Notes under the pieces: model-generated | The model's database searches: none | What the model saw: only the letters and a program-made list of their open reading frames with translations | Told to the model about the DNA's origin: nothing | DNA from: Catajapyx aquilonaris | Taxonomy: Eukaryota | DNA: 64,000 bases | Direction: 5' to 3' | Assembly (NCBI GenBank): GCA_000934665.2 | Contig: KZ538065.1 | Location: 62,001-126,000, forward strand | Shown here: positions 37,574 to 50,560 of the stretch, one piece after another | Position numbering within the stretch: the stretch's first letter is position 1 | How the letters are laid out: each line of letters begins with the position of its first letter | Made by a program: the position numbers and the translations under genes

Positions 37574-39584
37574 TTCTTGACGGCGACCTTGAATGAGACA
37601 ATGTGCTTTAGCGTAATCTGACTCTTCAATAGGCGATTTGTCATTTTCGTTGGGACTGAGACGCTGGGCAGGAGAGACACTTGCGTGATTCATAATTTAG
37701 AAAAGTAATTGGGCGCTTTTTAATAGATTCTGCACTTCATTTAGGCATTATTGGCAGCAAAAGAGACTTTATTATACTGCTCCTCGCATCCATTTGTATC
37801 ACATTATACACATATCTCGTGCTTGGGGTTTCATGGGAGTTGGGAGGAGTGAGAAGCGTCAGAGAATGACTAATTGAGGCTAAAGCAGATTTACAACGCG
37901 CAGAATCCCCAACGTTACATGATTCAGAAAATTACGGCGATTATGCATCTCATTTCCCCCCAGCTTGCTGTAATACCCATGACGAATATTAATATTTCTC
38001 AAGGTTAAGAAATACGTTCAGAAAGTCCCTAACTTTCATGTATAATAAGTCTGAAGGTGATAATACAATCCTTTACCAAAATTACAATTACACAGCATAA
38101 AACTTCTGAAGTGAACAGTATTATGTATACATGGTAAAATAATCTTGAAAATAAATCATCGCCATAAACATTTTTGTGCAAGTTATGTAGCGACCTGCAT
38201 GTTGGACTTTAAGTCATAAATATTTGTTTCATTACAAATATTGTTTTTGGTTTTCTGAATACCTCGAGCGACGAATCTCTTAGGTCATTATGGTTACTGT
38301 TCATATTACGTTATAAACATGTGTTACGTGAGAATAATGACCAGATAAGGAGACATAAAGAGGAAAAGTAGGGAAGTGAGCAGTTACAGTAATTCGCGGA
38401 TTTACGAAACACTTGAAAGACAGGAAAAAGAGTCTAGGAGGCAGGTAATCAAGAGAAAATAATGAACTGGAGAAACTCCAGCCAGCAATTTTGTAGAAGT
38501 TCAGAACGTTCGAATTCGACTGCAGCTAATACATAATGAAATTTAATTTTACGCTAACCGTATAAAAAGGTATTACAGTAGGTACAGTACATCAGCAGTG
38601 TAGAATGGATAATTAGGAAAATGATTTTGCAAAAAAAATAGTCCGTTTTTGTGCAGTAACAAACGATCTTCTAGAGTAGCCTCGTTCCCATGCCACTTGC
38701 AGCCTCGGAATACAAATTACGTAACCACAGCCTGGGCATGGCTGCCTAATAAATAGGCATGTAATAAAGTGGCTCCCGTTCTGCCAGGCCCTGCCTTTAA
38801 AAAATATCACCCTTGCCCTTCATGGAATCACCCCCTTGATTAATTCATCGCCACGTGTTCCATAGGCCTCAGGTTCAGTGCAATATGGTCGCCCAACACT
38901 CGCACGTTACACCATGTTCCGAATTTTGTCTAGTTGAATCAGCAATATAATCTTAGACTGGGCTCTCCTGTGGAGACTTCCAAGGCTTCCCAAATCAATG
39001 ATAGGGTGTATGCTGTGTCCCCCTTTAACACGGCAGGGCTATTGATCAGCTCAGACGAGGGTTGGTCCGTATGGCTTTGTCCTTAGCATACATTTCATGG
39101 TGGCGAAGAAGACAGGGGAAGGTCATGCACCGGATAATAATAGTAATGAAAGGTGTAGTTAGTTATCCTTGGGTTCATTGCACCGTATCGTAACCGGTGA
39201 TCGATGGCTCTACCTGGTTTCCGGAAGTGGCGTCCGTTTCCGGGTTGAGGGTCGGAGGTTGAAGGTCCTACCTGGGGACCACCCGGTGGTTGTTCTTCAA
39301 ATTGTGGTTGTCCCGATGGCCACTTCCGAGTTGGGTGAGGGTCGACTGCCGAGTGAGTGAGGCTAGTTGTCTGGGAATAAGGAGCAGTCAGTGCGCAGAC
39401 TCACGCTTGCTATGCTGATGATGCCAACACAATGAGGATCATGGCCTGCATGCACCTCTAAACAAGCACGGAATGTGCAGACAACAATTCCACAATGAGA
39501 ATCCAAAAAGCACGGAGAATTCAGGCTTTGTTTATTTCGAATTAAAACAATCACTGGGTTGCTATAGGAGCAATATGAATGAGG

Positions 39585-39790
39585 AGTTCCGAAAGTCCCG
39601 AGTTCGATCCCAGGTGTCGGGAGCAAGGTCGGGAGTTTCCGCCAATACAGGGAGAGGATGGTTTCCTCCTTTCAACGAGCTTCCTTCCTTCCCTGTCCTT
39701 TTTATCCTTTATGGAGTAATTTACATAACAATGAGTACATTGGTGCCTGTCTAGACTTGGTCCACTGTGTATAACCAATCCCGATAAACT
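39585..39790 (+). mobile_element. Possible 5-prime-truncated SINE fragment
   Basis: B-box-like GTCCCGAGTTCGATCCCAGG followed by a GC-richer body; no clear A-box or TSD; boundaries approximate. Confidence 0.3.
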
Positions 39791-42700
39791 CGTCGATCAT
39801 ACGATATTATGAAAGAAGTTTCTTATAATATGTTAGCGTTAGGCTCTTTTAATTGGGGCCAACAATATTCGCGGAGGAAATTTTTGGTGTAAACTACTGT
39901 ATGTTATCACGGGCCAAAGAGCAATTATTGCAGTCTTGGAATAATCTCGATGAACTTACCCGTGAGAACCTTTGCGAATCCGCCACCGGCTCCAACTGCG
40001 GCCTGTTTGACGATGTGCCAATAGTCGAACGATACTGTGATGCGCACGCAGGCGATCGACATGGCGCAAGTTTTTGGTATAATTTGAGCAAGAAGTTTGA
40101 TGTTTAAAAAAAATATATATTGCTAAGAACTGGTATTTTTGCAATAGTTACAGTGATTTGGCCAAATGGGGGTGGTGCAAAAGTCAAGTTATTAACATTA
40201 CTCACGTGAAATACAGTACAGAAAGTATGCTCGATAATTATCCAAACAGAAATGGCTAAAGCAATATTTGTACAGCATCAAAATCTTTGTATAAAAATGC
40301 TCAGAAATATATTTACTGATTCTGCAGAGTGAAGATTTTGTAGCAGTGTAACCCCAAGGCAACCCTCGATGGCTGTCCAGGCCTATCTGTTTTGTTGGAA
40401 TGCTTAGAGACAGGTAATGCCAAGGGTAATGTAGTATTTGGGTTGACAAGTTTTTGAAAGCAGTCTTTATAGCGAACTACTGTTGTGCAACCCTGCATGC
40501 TGGACTACTTATAATGCAATAAAAGTTGTCGGTGCAGTAAGCTTAGAAAATTAATCATACTGGAATCAATTTTTCTACAGTAACAAATTGGTTATGCATA
40601 AGCTGTGATTGTAAATTTTATACTGTAATTGTTGAAGGTGTATTCTTTTGTTTTCTGTAAGCATCGATTTGTCAAAAAATTTCCCAAGACACATGGTAAC
40701 ATTGCTAACATCATGTGCTCTTGACGTAACGTGTTGTGAGTCGTAGTAATGGACCTATATGGGCTCTTCATGAATGGTCAGTTAATTATTTAAATACACT
40801 GATTGTCAAACTTAGCTGATAACTGATATCAATCTTTTTGAATATTTTACAAACGTTTTCGGCATACCACTGTGTCAGAGTTACGGCGACCTGTGCAACA
40901 ACACTTATAGTTTATAGAAGCTTCACTCATGAAGCTTCGACATAATCATGCTGTCTGCTGAACACTGATCTTGGAGGTCATGCATAGGCCTACTGTATCA
41001 TCGTCTCAGGAGATGAAGGGAGAAAGGTTGCTTTCACAAGAAAAAGATTTTTCTACTTTTTTTAAATGTGGAAGGGCTCACGTGCATCCCACATGCATTT
41101 TGCAACATTTTCGCTCGAATGTACGTCACAACAAATAATAATTCGTCGCAAATCTTTAAGAAAGGCGAAGAAATGAATATAATTACGAAGATAAGAGAAG
41201 GCGTAATATATGTGAACAGCACCTTGCTAATTGCTTCTCTAGATTGTTATAATCTAATGTAAAATTAGCATTAAGGTCGTTGGAACATAATTATTACACA
41301 GAATATTAAAATAATGTGAGCAGCTAATTTGTCAGTAAAAATAGAATTATTTTGTTCATCGTGCAATGAAAGTAGCAATTCAATTTTTGTCGCTTAAAAA
41401 GTGCAAATATAATAGCTATAGAGCAATTGCATGCTTTAATTTGCTAAGTACTTGAGAATTCACCCGCGCTATTCTGTAATGCATAAACCATCATAAATAG
41501 TTCTGACGTTATGGAATAGCTCATTCCCTATTGCACATTGCTTGAGAGGTGTTGGGTCAAGTTGTTAAAAATATAAATATTATGTTTAGTATTATTATTG
41601 CATTTAAACTTCTTATTCAGTTTAATTTATTGGATAGATGTAGTCGTAACTCAGCAAAGAAATATCTGTGAAGATGATGTTCGACGTGTATTTCTTTTGG
41701 CACGGACAGTACAATATTGCATTAGTTACTTGAAGGATTGGCTAACGGAGGAGCATTACACATGTAATATAGGCCTACTGTATTTATGCCTGTTTTCGGG
41801 AATGCTCAGTTGTTTGATCCTTTCAAACTACTCTTTTTTTGGTAGGTGGAAAAAGTTCTGCAAGTTTTGTAATGCAGTGAATTATTGAAAAACATTGCAC
41901 CACGAACCATCCCATCGGTAGGTCTACGTCACAAGTTGTGATTGAGTAATGGGTTACCTTAGTTTAAATCTTCACACTGCAAGGTACACTTTAGAGAAAT
42001 TGAGAGAAATAGAGAATAGAGAAAATTGAGGTAATTATTGTAATTAATGTTTCCAAGTGATATGTAATTTGATATACTGCATAGCGTAACGACAGATGGC
42101 ATGAAACCATTAACAGTACGAATCTGCTTGTTTGTAAATGTACAGGAAAACTATAATTCTGTTTCAGCATTTTGTCTAATATAACTTGAAAGTGGAAAAC
42201 AATGATACTCAAACAGTTAACCGTTCACAACAAAACGCCATCAGATCATACTGTACTAGCATCAAGTTTAATTTGATCCGTGAGCTACTGTCCAATCATT
42301 TGCTCAACAATATATTGTACCAATACATTTTTCTACGCTTCTTTAAAAAAGTAATCGTCCGGGATATCACTTGCAATGTAAGTTTGTTTTTGGGGCAAGA
42401 ATAAATATTTAGCAAAAGTCAGCGACGAGACACCAAGTGTATTTTTATTCGAAGTTGAAAATAATCTTACACATTTAAAATCTCGCATGCTCAAGCGGAA
42501 CTTCATATTTCCAAACATTTACGTGTAAAATACTGTGCACTAGTCCTGTACAACACATGCTTATGAAAACACCAGAGCTTCTTGGCAGAAAAAATTCGGA
42601 GGAAATTTCGTAAAACTGATTCAGAAAAAGACAGAATTTTCCCAGGATATCTTGGCGTGCTTAGAAAATAATGGGTTTTTCTCGGTGGAAAAACAGCAAA

Positions 42701-43298
42701 AGGTGTTGTGCAACGATTCGTGTAAGCACTGATGAGCGGCTTTGTCTTTGAGGAAAATTCGTCCTTGCTGAATATTACACGCACGAGAATTTTTAAGACC
42801 CTGGTTGCAATAACACGTCAATATGTTTGTTATTTTCTATTTTACACCACTTTATCAGTCCCATTATCACTGTTCAGTAGTCAGTCAAATTACTATATCG
42901 ATGCGCTCAAATAACGAGAAAGAGTCGAGCTAGTTAATTCAGGTCTCGCCATTGCAGCAGAATGGCGCCACCTTACAACTGACCGTATTCTCAATGTGAA
43001 GACAGTAGCGACACTTTCGCCTAGGAAAAATCTCAGTAAACTAGTGAGTTTGCTGAACAAGGCAAGGATGCTTCACCTTTTTAAACAGACAAGCTAAAGG
43101 TACCACACCTTAGCTCTTACATATGATTGAAGTAACTGGGTTCGTTTGAATACATGACTGGTGTAACATTAAAACACTGTAAAGAGTAATATTGTCAAAA
43201 GCCACATGAGAATGAGACTGTCCAGCAGCAAAATGAAAGAGATATGCTTATTGACACTTGAATTTTAATATTGACAAAAAAGAGGTTAGTTTTATCAC

Positions 43299-46200
43299 TT
43301 AATGACCGGTTCGACGATTGCACTTATCTTCCTCAGGCACGAACTTCACATTTCTTTTTCGGACGTCATTTCTGTCTTGCAGTGCCTCAGCGTGGCCGTT
43401 TTCTCGCTTGACACGTCCGTTCGAGTTATTCTATGGGGAAAAAATACCGGTAAAGATCAAACAGTTTTCTATCAAACATCAATCACGCTCACCTTTCGGT
43501 TCTGTGCTTTCAGGTAGGTTTGGACGAAGAAATTGGAGAAGAGGACAAAGAAGAGTACCGCATGTGCCATGTATGTGTTCACTAGGTACACGGGATATTC
43601 GCATGACCTAAAGTAAAGCTGGAAGTTGTGCAGGAACACCAGAATGAACTGGACCTGAAAGAGGACAATAATTTTATTTACCTTGTTGTAATTATTCATT
43701 GCCTAACACATACGAGGTGATTAAGTGATGGCTCACCAATTGCATGCCAGTCAGATACTTTTTCCACCACAAGTATTTCTTGTATTGAGGCCCTAACGCG
43801 GAGAAGAAGTAGTAGGAATACATCCAAATGTGTACAAAGGCGTTGGCAAGTCCGATGAACAGAGTGTGACCTCCTATGACAAGAAAAAAGTGCGGTGTGT
43901 CACACTGATTCAGGATATTGTGAAAATGTCAAGGATATAGTAGAAATTACCTGGAGCAAATTTGCATCCAAGCCAAGCACTGACTGGCATAGTGCTGTGG
44001 TGCACAATGTGAAGGACAGACAGATGGCTGTTCTTTTTCATCAGTACAAAAAAGAGCTGAAAATAAAAGGGAACAAGTTGGTTACAAAACTTTCGAGCAA
44101 AGGTAATCTTTCTAGTAATATAGATCCGTCATGTAAATTACGTGAGAATATTTAACCGTGGCTTTGAAATTATGTTCATCTTAAATTTAGTGAAAGCCGG
44201 AAGTGTTGCACAAAGAATCGGCGGCACACAGAAAAAGACACCGGCTGAAGAAACTCAATACAATTTATCTACTATATAAGTAAGGCGAATCAAAAATTGT
44301 GAAAATATATTTTACACGAACGGCAGCAATTACTTAAATTGTCACGCCAACGTTACCAGCTTGCCGCAAGACTAGTAGTGAGAAATGCTTTATTGGATGC
44401 TAATGTTATGGGCCATAACATATACAAGCCAGGCAATGTGCAACCGTAGACATTATCATAGATTATCAAGAGTTTCTGCTCAAGCAATAACCTACATATT
44501 ACGAATGAATTATTTTACGGATTATCTGATAATGTTTTAAAGAATTTCTCGGAAGACCCGGGAACTTTTGCACCATAGCCTACATCAGAATTGAACGAAG
44601 CGTTGATTGTAAGCATATATGCATTGTTTTTTTCCAGCTGTTTTATGCTCTATTTGGCTACATTTTCTTTCAAGTGGCTAGATTCAGGCACATTCTGGAA
44701 CGTCCTGGGCTGTTTGCTGTGGCTTTAGTGCATGCACTTATTTCCACTGCGCAAGAAATAATTTACCTCGAATCATGACATTACACCAAAGTCCTTCTAA
44801 CGAGATTACATCTTGTATCAGTAGCCTACGTTATATCTCCACAACCATGGAAGCAGGTAGTAGAAGTCGAATCCGCGTATTTAAAAAAATGACAAAACGT
44901 AATCCAATAAGAGACAGTGCCTGTAATCATCAGAAATTTCAATATTATTATAAATCAGTCCAACGTGACGTTGATCGTCCCCGTCTTCGCGAGTGTAGAT
45001 TGTGCGTCAACATAATATATTTGGTTCCGGGGGAGGTGTGGTGGCCGTGATGGTAACGTCTCGGCTTGCTGTGTGAAAGGCCCCAGGTTCGATCCCCGCC
45101 TGGGGAACTTTCCTTTCACCTGCGTCAGGAGGGTCTCTGACCTGCACCAAGGAGGTGTCTGGCAACCTAACCTCCTGGGGAACAGCACATGACCCCTTTA
45201 CAGATCTTGCACTTGCACCTATGTTCCCTCCCCCAAAATCCCTACCCCTACCCTACATCCTTGTCTCCTTGCACCGGTGTATGAAGTTAATTCAGAAAAT
45301 GGAGTGAAATGGTGGTATTCCACCCCCCTAAAAAGGCTCAGCCTTATCACGGGGTAACGTAAAAGTATATATATATATTTGGTTCCATTAGCTTTTCATA
45401 CCCTATTGACGTCAGAAATCTCAGGCGTTATGTGAATATTTACTGCTTCTGCGACTTACATAATTAAAAAGCTTTCATGATATACATCTAACTGCATTTT
45501 TAATTACAGAAAAGGCTTGTCCGCATTTTTTACTATAGCCGTAACCGGATATTAGCGGTTCAAACCATGAATATAAAAATAACGTTACATCTTTACTACC
45601 AGTAAAATATATCAATACAAATCTATCAATAAATCAATAAAAATATATTGATGAAAATTTCCTCCTGATTGCCAAACAAACGCCTTTAAAGGTAGGGTCC
45701 CGTAATTTGGGAAGTCGAACTTCAAAAATCAGAAAAAAATAGTCGATTACAAAAATATGGTCATTTTTGGAGTTACACGACGCATAATCAAATTACAGGT
45801 TTAAGTGGTGACCAGTCTGGTGTGATACTGGAAACATACTTTACATTTTATTGCGGGGGTTTGTAGAGACTTAGGAGACCATGGATGACTGTTCCCCTTG
45901 ACATGCGGGCCATATACTTACAGAGTCCACAAATTCTGTGATTTTTGATATGTAGAAAAGCCAGACGTATCTTGCAATCTGGAAAGTCCATCAAATGAAC
46001 AAATTAAATTACCAATTAATACGTATTTAACGAACAATAGGTACACGCGACTTACTGAAGCTGCGCTCTCCGATTTGTCTACGGGTTGACAGAAAAACGA
46101 GTATTCGGTTGAAAATCGTTTGAAGGGCTATGTAATATTGCAGAAAAAAGCATTTTCGTGTTACACAGGAGAAAATGGAATAAGTTCGTCCGTTGGGAAA

Positions 46201-49200
46201 AAGGCTGATCACATCCCTGTTCCTATGTGTATGCAACCCACTCCGGACAACTCACCGCGATAGCGGGATAAGACGCTGGGCTAAACTCATGGTTATTATA
46301 AATATTATGGCATTCTTTTGACACCGTGCAAAATAATCATATACACAAGGCATGACCCTAATTCCTCATCTTTGTGAGCGTCGTATCGCCCTCAGTTATC
46401 GCAACTGCTCGTCCGGAGTGCCTGGCATGCAGATAATTCAGTAGGTTGGATCCGTCTTTTCCTAATGAAAAAAATATAGATTTCGGTTGAACTCACCTCA
46501 GAGAACAAGACGACCGATAAAGCCACTTGGAACAGGTTGTATATTGGTAAAATAATCCCAAGTTGGACAGGTTTCCTATCCCGCATCAGTTTGGGTCCCA
46601 GAACTTTGCAGAAGTATATGTATGAGGCGCAAATGACCAGTGTTGGAACTGGGCTGTCCATAAAGAGGAAATTTGCAACTCTAGGGTCTGTGGAGAGAAA
46701 ATGAAAATATTATCTTCATTATTTAAAAAAAAACAATTCGCATATAGCTGGAGCATGACGAATCGTCGTATTGTCCTAGTATGCCAAGCTTATAAACTAA
46801 CGGAGAATACATGTGTATGCAAACTGGAAAAAGTACAGGGTGCAATGTGACATGCCTCACATCTTACACCAAGAGGAGAAATTTTTAAATCAACATTCCC
46901 GTAAGGATTTTGGAATGACCTGACTTGCACTTGCATTTTTCGGAGATGAACGTCACGTTCTTAAATGACCTGAATTTATGAATGTGGATCATTAAAATTG
47001 CATAACAGTACGGTTCAAGTTGCTCACCTTGAAGAACCTGATATCGAATACTTTATTTCATAATCAACTGTCATGTTTTTCACTTATCCGGCTGGGCTAT
47101 TATCAAGAGGTTGTCGCTCAAGAATATAATATCTATTAATAATTGCGAAACAAAAATTTGTCACTAAAAATTGTGAGATGACTGATATACGAAAAGCGTC
47201 CTCAGGAACCAAAAATTGATGCGGGCTAAACTGTGGCTAAATTCGTGTCCATAATGATACAGTATAAATCGTATGACATTGGCGGTGACATAACAGTGTC
47301 ACCTTTTAGACGTTTCTAGTAATTGTTTCTAACTACTTTGACCTGCAACTACGTGGGCTCTTTTTGAGATGAAATCTTGCATGTCCGAAAACTGGTTTTG
47401 TTTTCAGTGCTGTGTGTCAGTGTATTGCAAAATCAGAGACCACGTGTGGGAAAAAAAGAAAAAGTTATGCACAACAACTACCCTAGGCCAGGGTCACCCT
47501 CCTTGCGACACGGTGACTCGAATGTAAAGGTTTGGAATCACGCCGGGTCAGTAACTTTTACTGCCGCGCTCAGGTATGTGCACTTTAGGAGTACTGTTCA
47601 TAATTACGGTCATAGAGAGACTAGATAGAAGTAAGGCAACAATCATGATTGCACCCGCCACCGCCATCAGAGGGATTATAAAAAGTGAAAGTTTCGAGAT
47701 GGTTCTGCATTTAGCATTTACACGTGTCTTTGGGAATTGTCTTCACACTTTCCATGCTGGAGGTTCAAGATAAGAAGGAGTAATGATTACCATGTAATTA
47801 AAAAGTGATTTTTAAAACTGGAAATCTGCATAATATGGTTCACATCCAATATATTCAAGAGCTGAACAATGTGCCTCTTTCTTCGTCGGTGATTTACCCT
47901 CATTCGACAGACGGAGAGCCTATGATTATGAAATGAATGAAATGAACAATGGCAGATCAGATCACCTGTTTGTCAACCTTAGGCTGTTTGGATATATTAT
48001 GTTTTATGACAGGTGGCAGAAGCAATAAGAACCACATGATTCATTGTGACGCATGAATCCTGTGAAGTCTGCAACACGAGCGATATCCTAGTATTCTATC
48101 ATAGTCTGCGAAGTCTTTATTTTGGTTGTGCTGGTAGAAATATATTCAAGACGTCACTTTGACGTGCTTTTGTGGGTTCTGGATGGCGATTACACCATGG
48201 GCTCAGAGTTAAAATTATGTCGGCAATGAAAAACCAGGGGTGAGTTTTTTGTCTGTATGCTAAAGTTGGCAGAAGCAGCTGCCAACAACAAGGGAAACTC
48301 ATGAGATATCTTATGGGAAAGTTCCAACTATTATACCGGTACAGGCATGTTACTAGCATACACTTATATGGGTTTCCATTACTTGGTAATAATTATGCAC
48401 TTTAGTGACTTTACAATATTATACGTACGTATTATGGCATGTAAGGATTTGAAATCCGACTTGGTACAACACACTTACCAAGGGCGTATAAAAACAGACG
48501 CTATATACTGTATTATCAACAAAGTTAATATTGTTTCTCAGATTAGAGCCTTACATGTGCAATACCCATAATGCCGCAAATGTGCAATGTTGTCATGTAC
48601 TGTACGAAGCTGTCCGATTCTGTACTGGTCACTTTCATGTTAGGAAAAACACATTACAATGCTTCTCGACATACTGTACAGTACGGTATAATTATGTAAT
48701 CCCGTGATATACAAAGAAATTGTCACTGAAATTCGCACAGAGTGTTATTCCGTCAAAAAAGTTTATTCTGGAAGTATGCATTCTTGAAAATGTAGTTTCT
48801 GAAAAACGAAAATATTTGTAACTGAATCACTGAAATGATTCACATGCCATGGAGTCTGTTTAGTTTGTGTCAAACAATATGCCAGTAACAATGGTTCTTT
48901 GTCATCAATAGTCTAGGATTGTGCGCTGCAAAGCTGTGTTATGACCTTGCTTTCAAACTGCATTACTGTACTTATGGATATTATCATGATATTTGAACCT
49001 ATACTATTTGGTCTACTTTTGCTGACGTGAGAAGTGGTATTAGACCTGCAAACAATGTCATATTCTCTTAATTTTAAGCAGTGCCAATAAACAACGTGTC
49101 ACATTTTTTTCCTATCCTACTTCAACTTTCTTTACTTCTATAATATTTTTTATGGTGTGCTGCACGCATATATTATAGCGTAATTTTAAGCAATGGGCGC

Positions 49201-50123
49201 AAGATAGTATGCTTAATGGATCTATGGAAGAAGACTAAAAGTCTGGAGAGTTATTATCTAAAAGATTATCTAAAAGAAAAAAATAACCACATGAATTTAG
49301 AGAGATGAAGAGAAGGTTAAACATGAACTAAGAATGACTGCGGGGCATGTCTGAATTACATAAAATCCGTTAGACAGATGGTGTACCATAGTTCCCCTTA
49401 ACACAATCACACAATGTAGGATAGGGCTACTGAATTTGCTGAAATAGTGTTGAATATAATCGCTCACCTGTTTAAAAATCATACCCTAAGGTGACAAGTG
49501 AGACATGGGTCAAGAGAGTATAATCTGTAAGCATGCAGCCCTGTAAAGGAATATATACTACTGGCCCAATTCGACGACCAATTTTTCCAGATTATTTCTT
49601 TGAATTTTTATGCAGTAAAAGATTTAATAGGTAAGAAATCATTGGAGTGTACTCGTGATAATGTGTGATTACACAACAGACAGCACAACTGATGAAACTA
49701 ATGGTCAACTTCCTGAATACGCATAATTTATCGATTACATAAAAATACAAGCACTCACTTGATAAATGGCCTAAATAAATGACAACACAGCATCAATCAC
49801 TTGTCACGCAAATCACGTTAGAAAACAAGATTGCATATTACAGTACAATAGCAGAACATTCTTTGCGAAAAAGAGCAAACCATATAAATAGCTTCAGAAG
49901 GCCATAAAAATGTCAGAATTTTCCATTCAAATATTCAAACCAATTATTTAGCATAATGGCTTGGAAAATTCCCTGCATTTATCTGATTCGACATCAGTCT
50001 GCTATTGAAATCGTAAGACTGGCCATTTTTACACAAAAAGTGATCGAAGAATAGGTACTCACCCGCATTTTTCTCCTGGAATTCCCAATACATGTGTGTG
50101 TACTCCTCGAGCGTTCTCGCCAT
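43299..50123 (-). CDS. ELOVL: Fatty acid elongase (ELOVL1/7-like), paralog 4; 8 coding exons, 305 aa
   Basis: Exons 50063-50123, 46497-46687, 46056-46127, 45922-45978, 43951-44056, 43737-43873, 43493-43654, 43299-43430 = 918 nt, open frame. Motifs: DPRVANFLFMDSPVP, CQPVD, KITEFVDS, LHIVHHSTMP, NAFVHIWMYSYY, TGMQLVQF, FSNFF; ends RRTGH*. Confidence 0.93.
45029..45372 (+). mobile_element. tRNA-derived SINE (family A, copy 2) with 14-bp TSD, in intron 4 of paralog 4
   Basis: A-box TGGCCGTGATGG, B-box GGTTCGATCCC, (TA)n tail; direct repeat ATATATTTGGTTCC at 45015-45028 and 45373-45386. Confidence 0.9.
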
Positions 50124-50491
50124 TGTTCGGTGTGTGACTGACTGACTTGGGCGGCACTCTGGAGCACCTGCGAAATGACGGCCTAGTGACATATATACAT
50201 TACGTATTTCCGGCTCTTGCGCATAACCAGTCTCATTTGAATGCGTTCTCGAGCATTCCGACCGTACCGCGAATGTATCTCAGCTCCTGGGAGTGTCTGA
50301 GAGAGAGTTTCCAAGAACATGGAAGTGAGCTCTGCTGAAGAGATGTGCATGCAGCACACTTGGGGAATAATATTTTTTTCATACAAACGAAAGTTAGATG
50401 CATGAGAACAAGAGCCCCACTTTTTTTTCTTACAAAACACAAGGGTACATCCCCGAAAAATTATTCCGCAACTGTGTGAGAACGATACTCA

Positions 50492-50560
50492 CTATAATTG
50501 CCGGCCGTCCTCAGCCCTGACAGGAAAACGTGCAGGACCTCCGCCTACCCCAAGCACTGA
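50492..50560 (-). promoter_or_regulatory. Candidate TSS and non-coding first exon of paralog 4
   Basis: Inr-like TCAGTG (minus, 50555-50560), donor ATA|GTGAGT near 50491, acceptor TTTCGCAG at 50168. Confidence 0.3.

Noticed and set aside
39000..39400. GC-rich patch possibly from an LTR-retrotransposon pol 3-prime end (RTFNLRP)
   Set aside because: Only a short motif; no integrase/RT domain or LTR pair visible.
46256..46336. Apparent exon 3 of paralog 4 ending PAIA|GTGAGT
   Set aside because: No good in-frame acceptor and no CQPVD motif; the better exon 3 is at 46056-46127.
46239..46420. 10-bp inverted repeat CACTCCGGAC/GTCCGGAGTG as a MITE
   Set aside because: Short, with no matching TSD.
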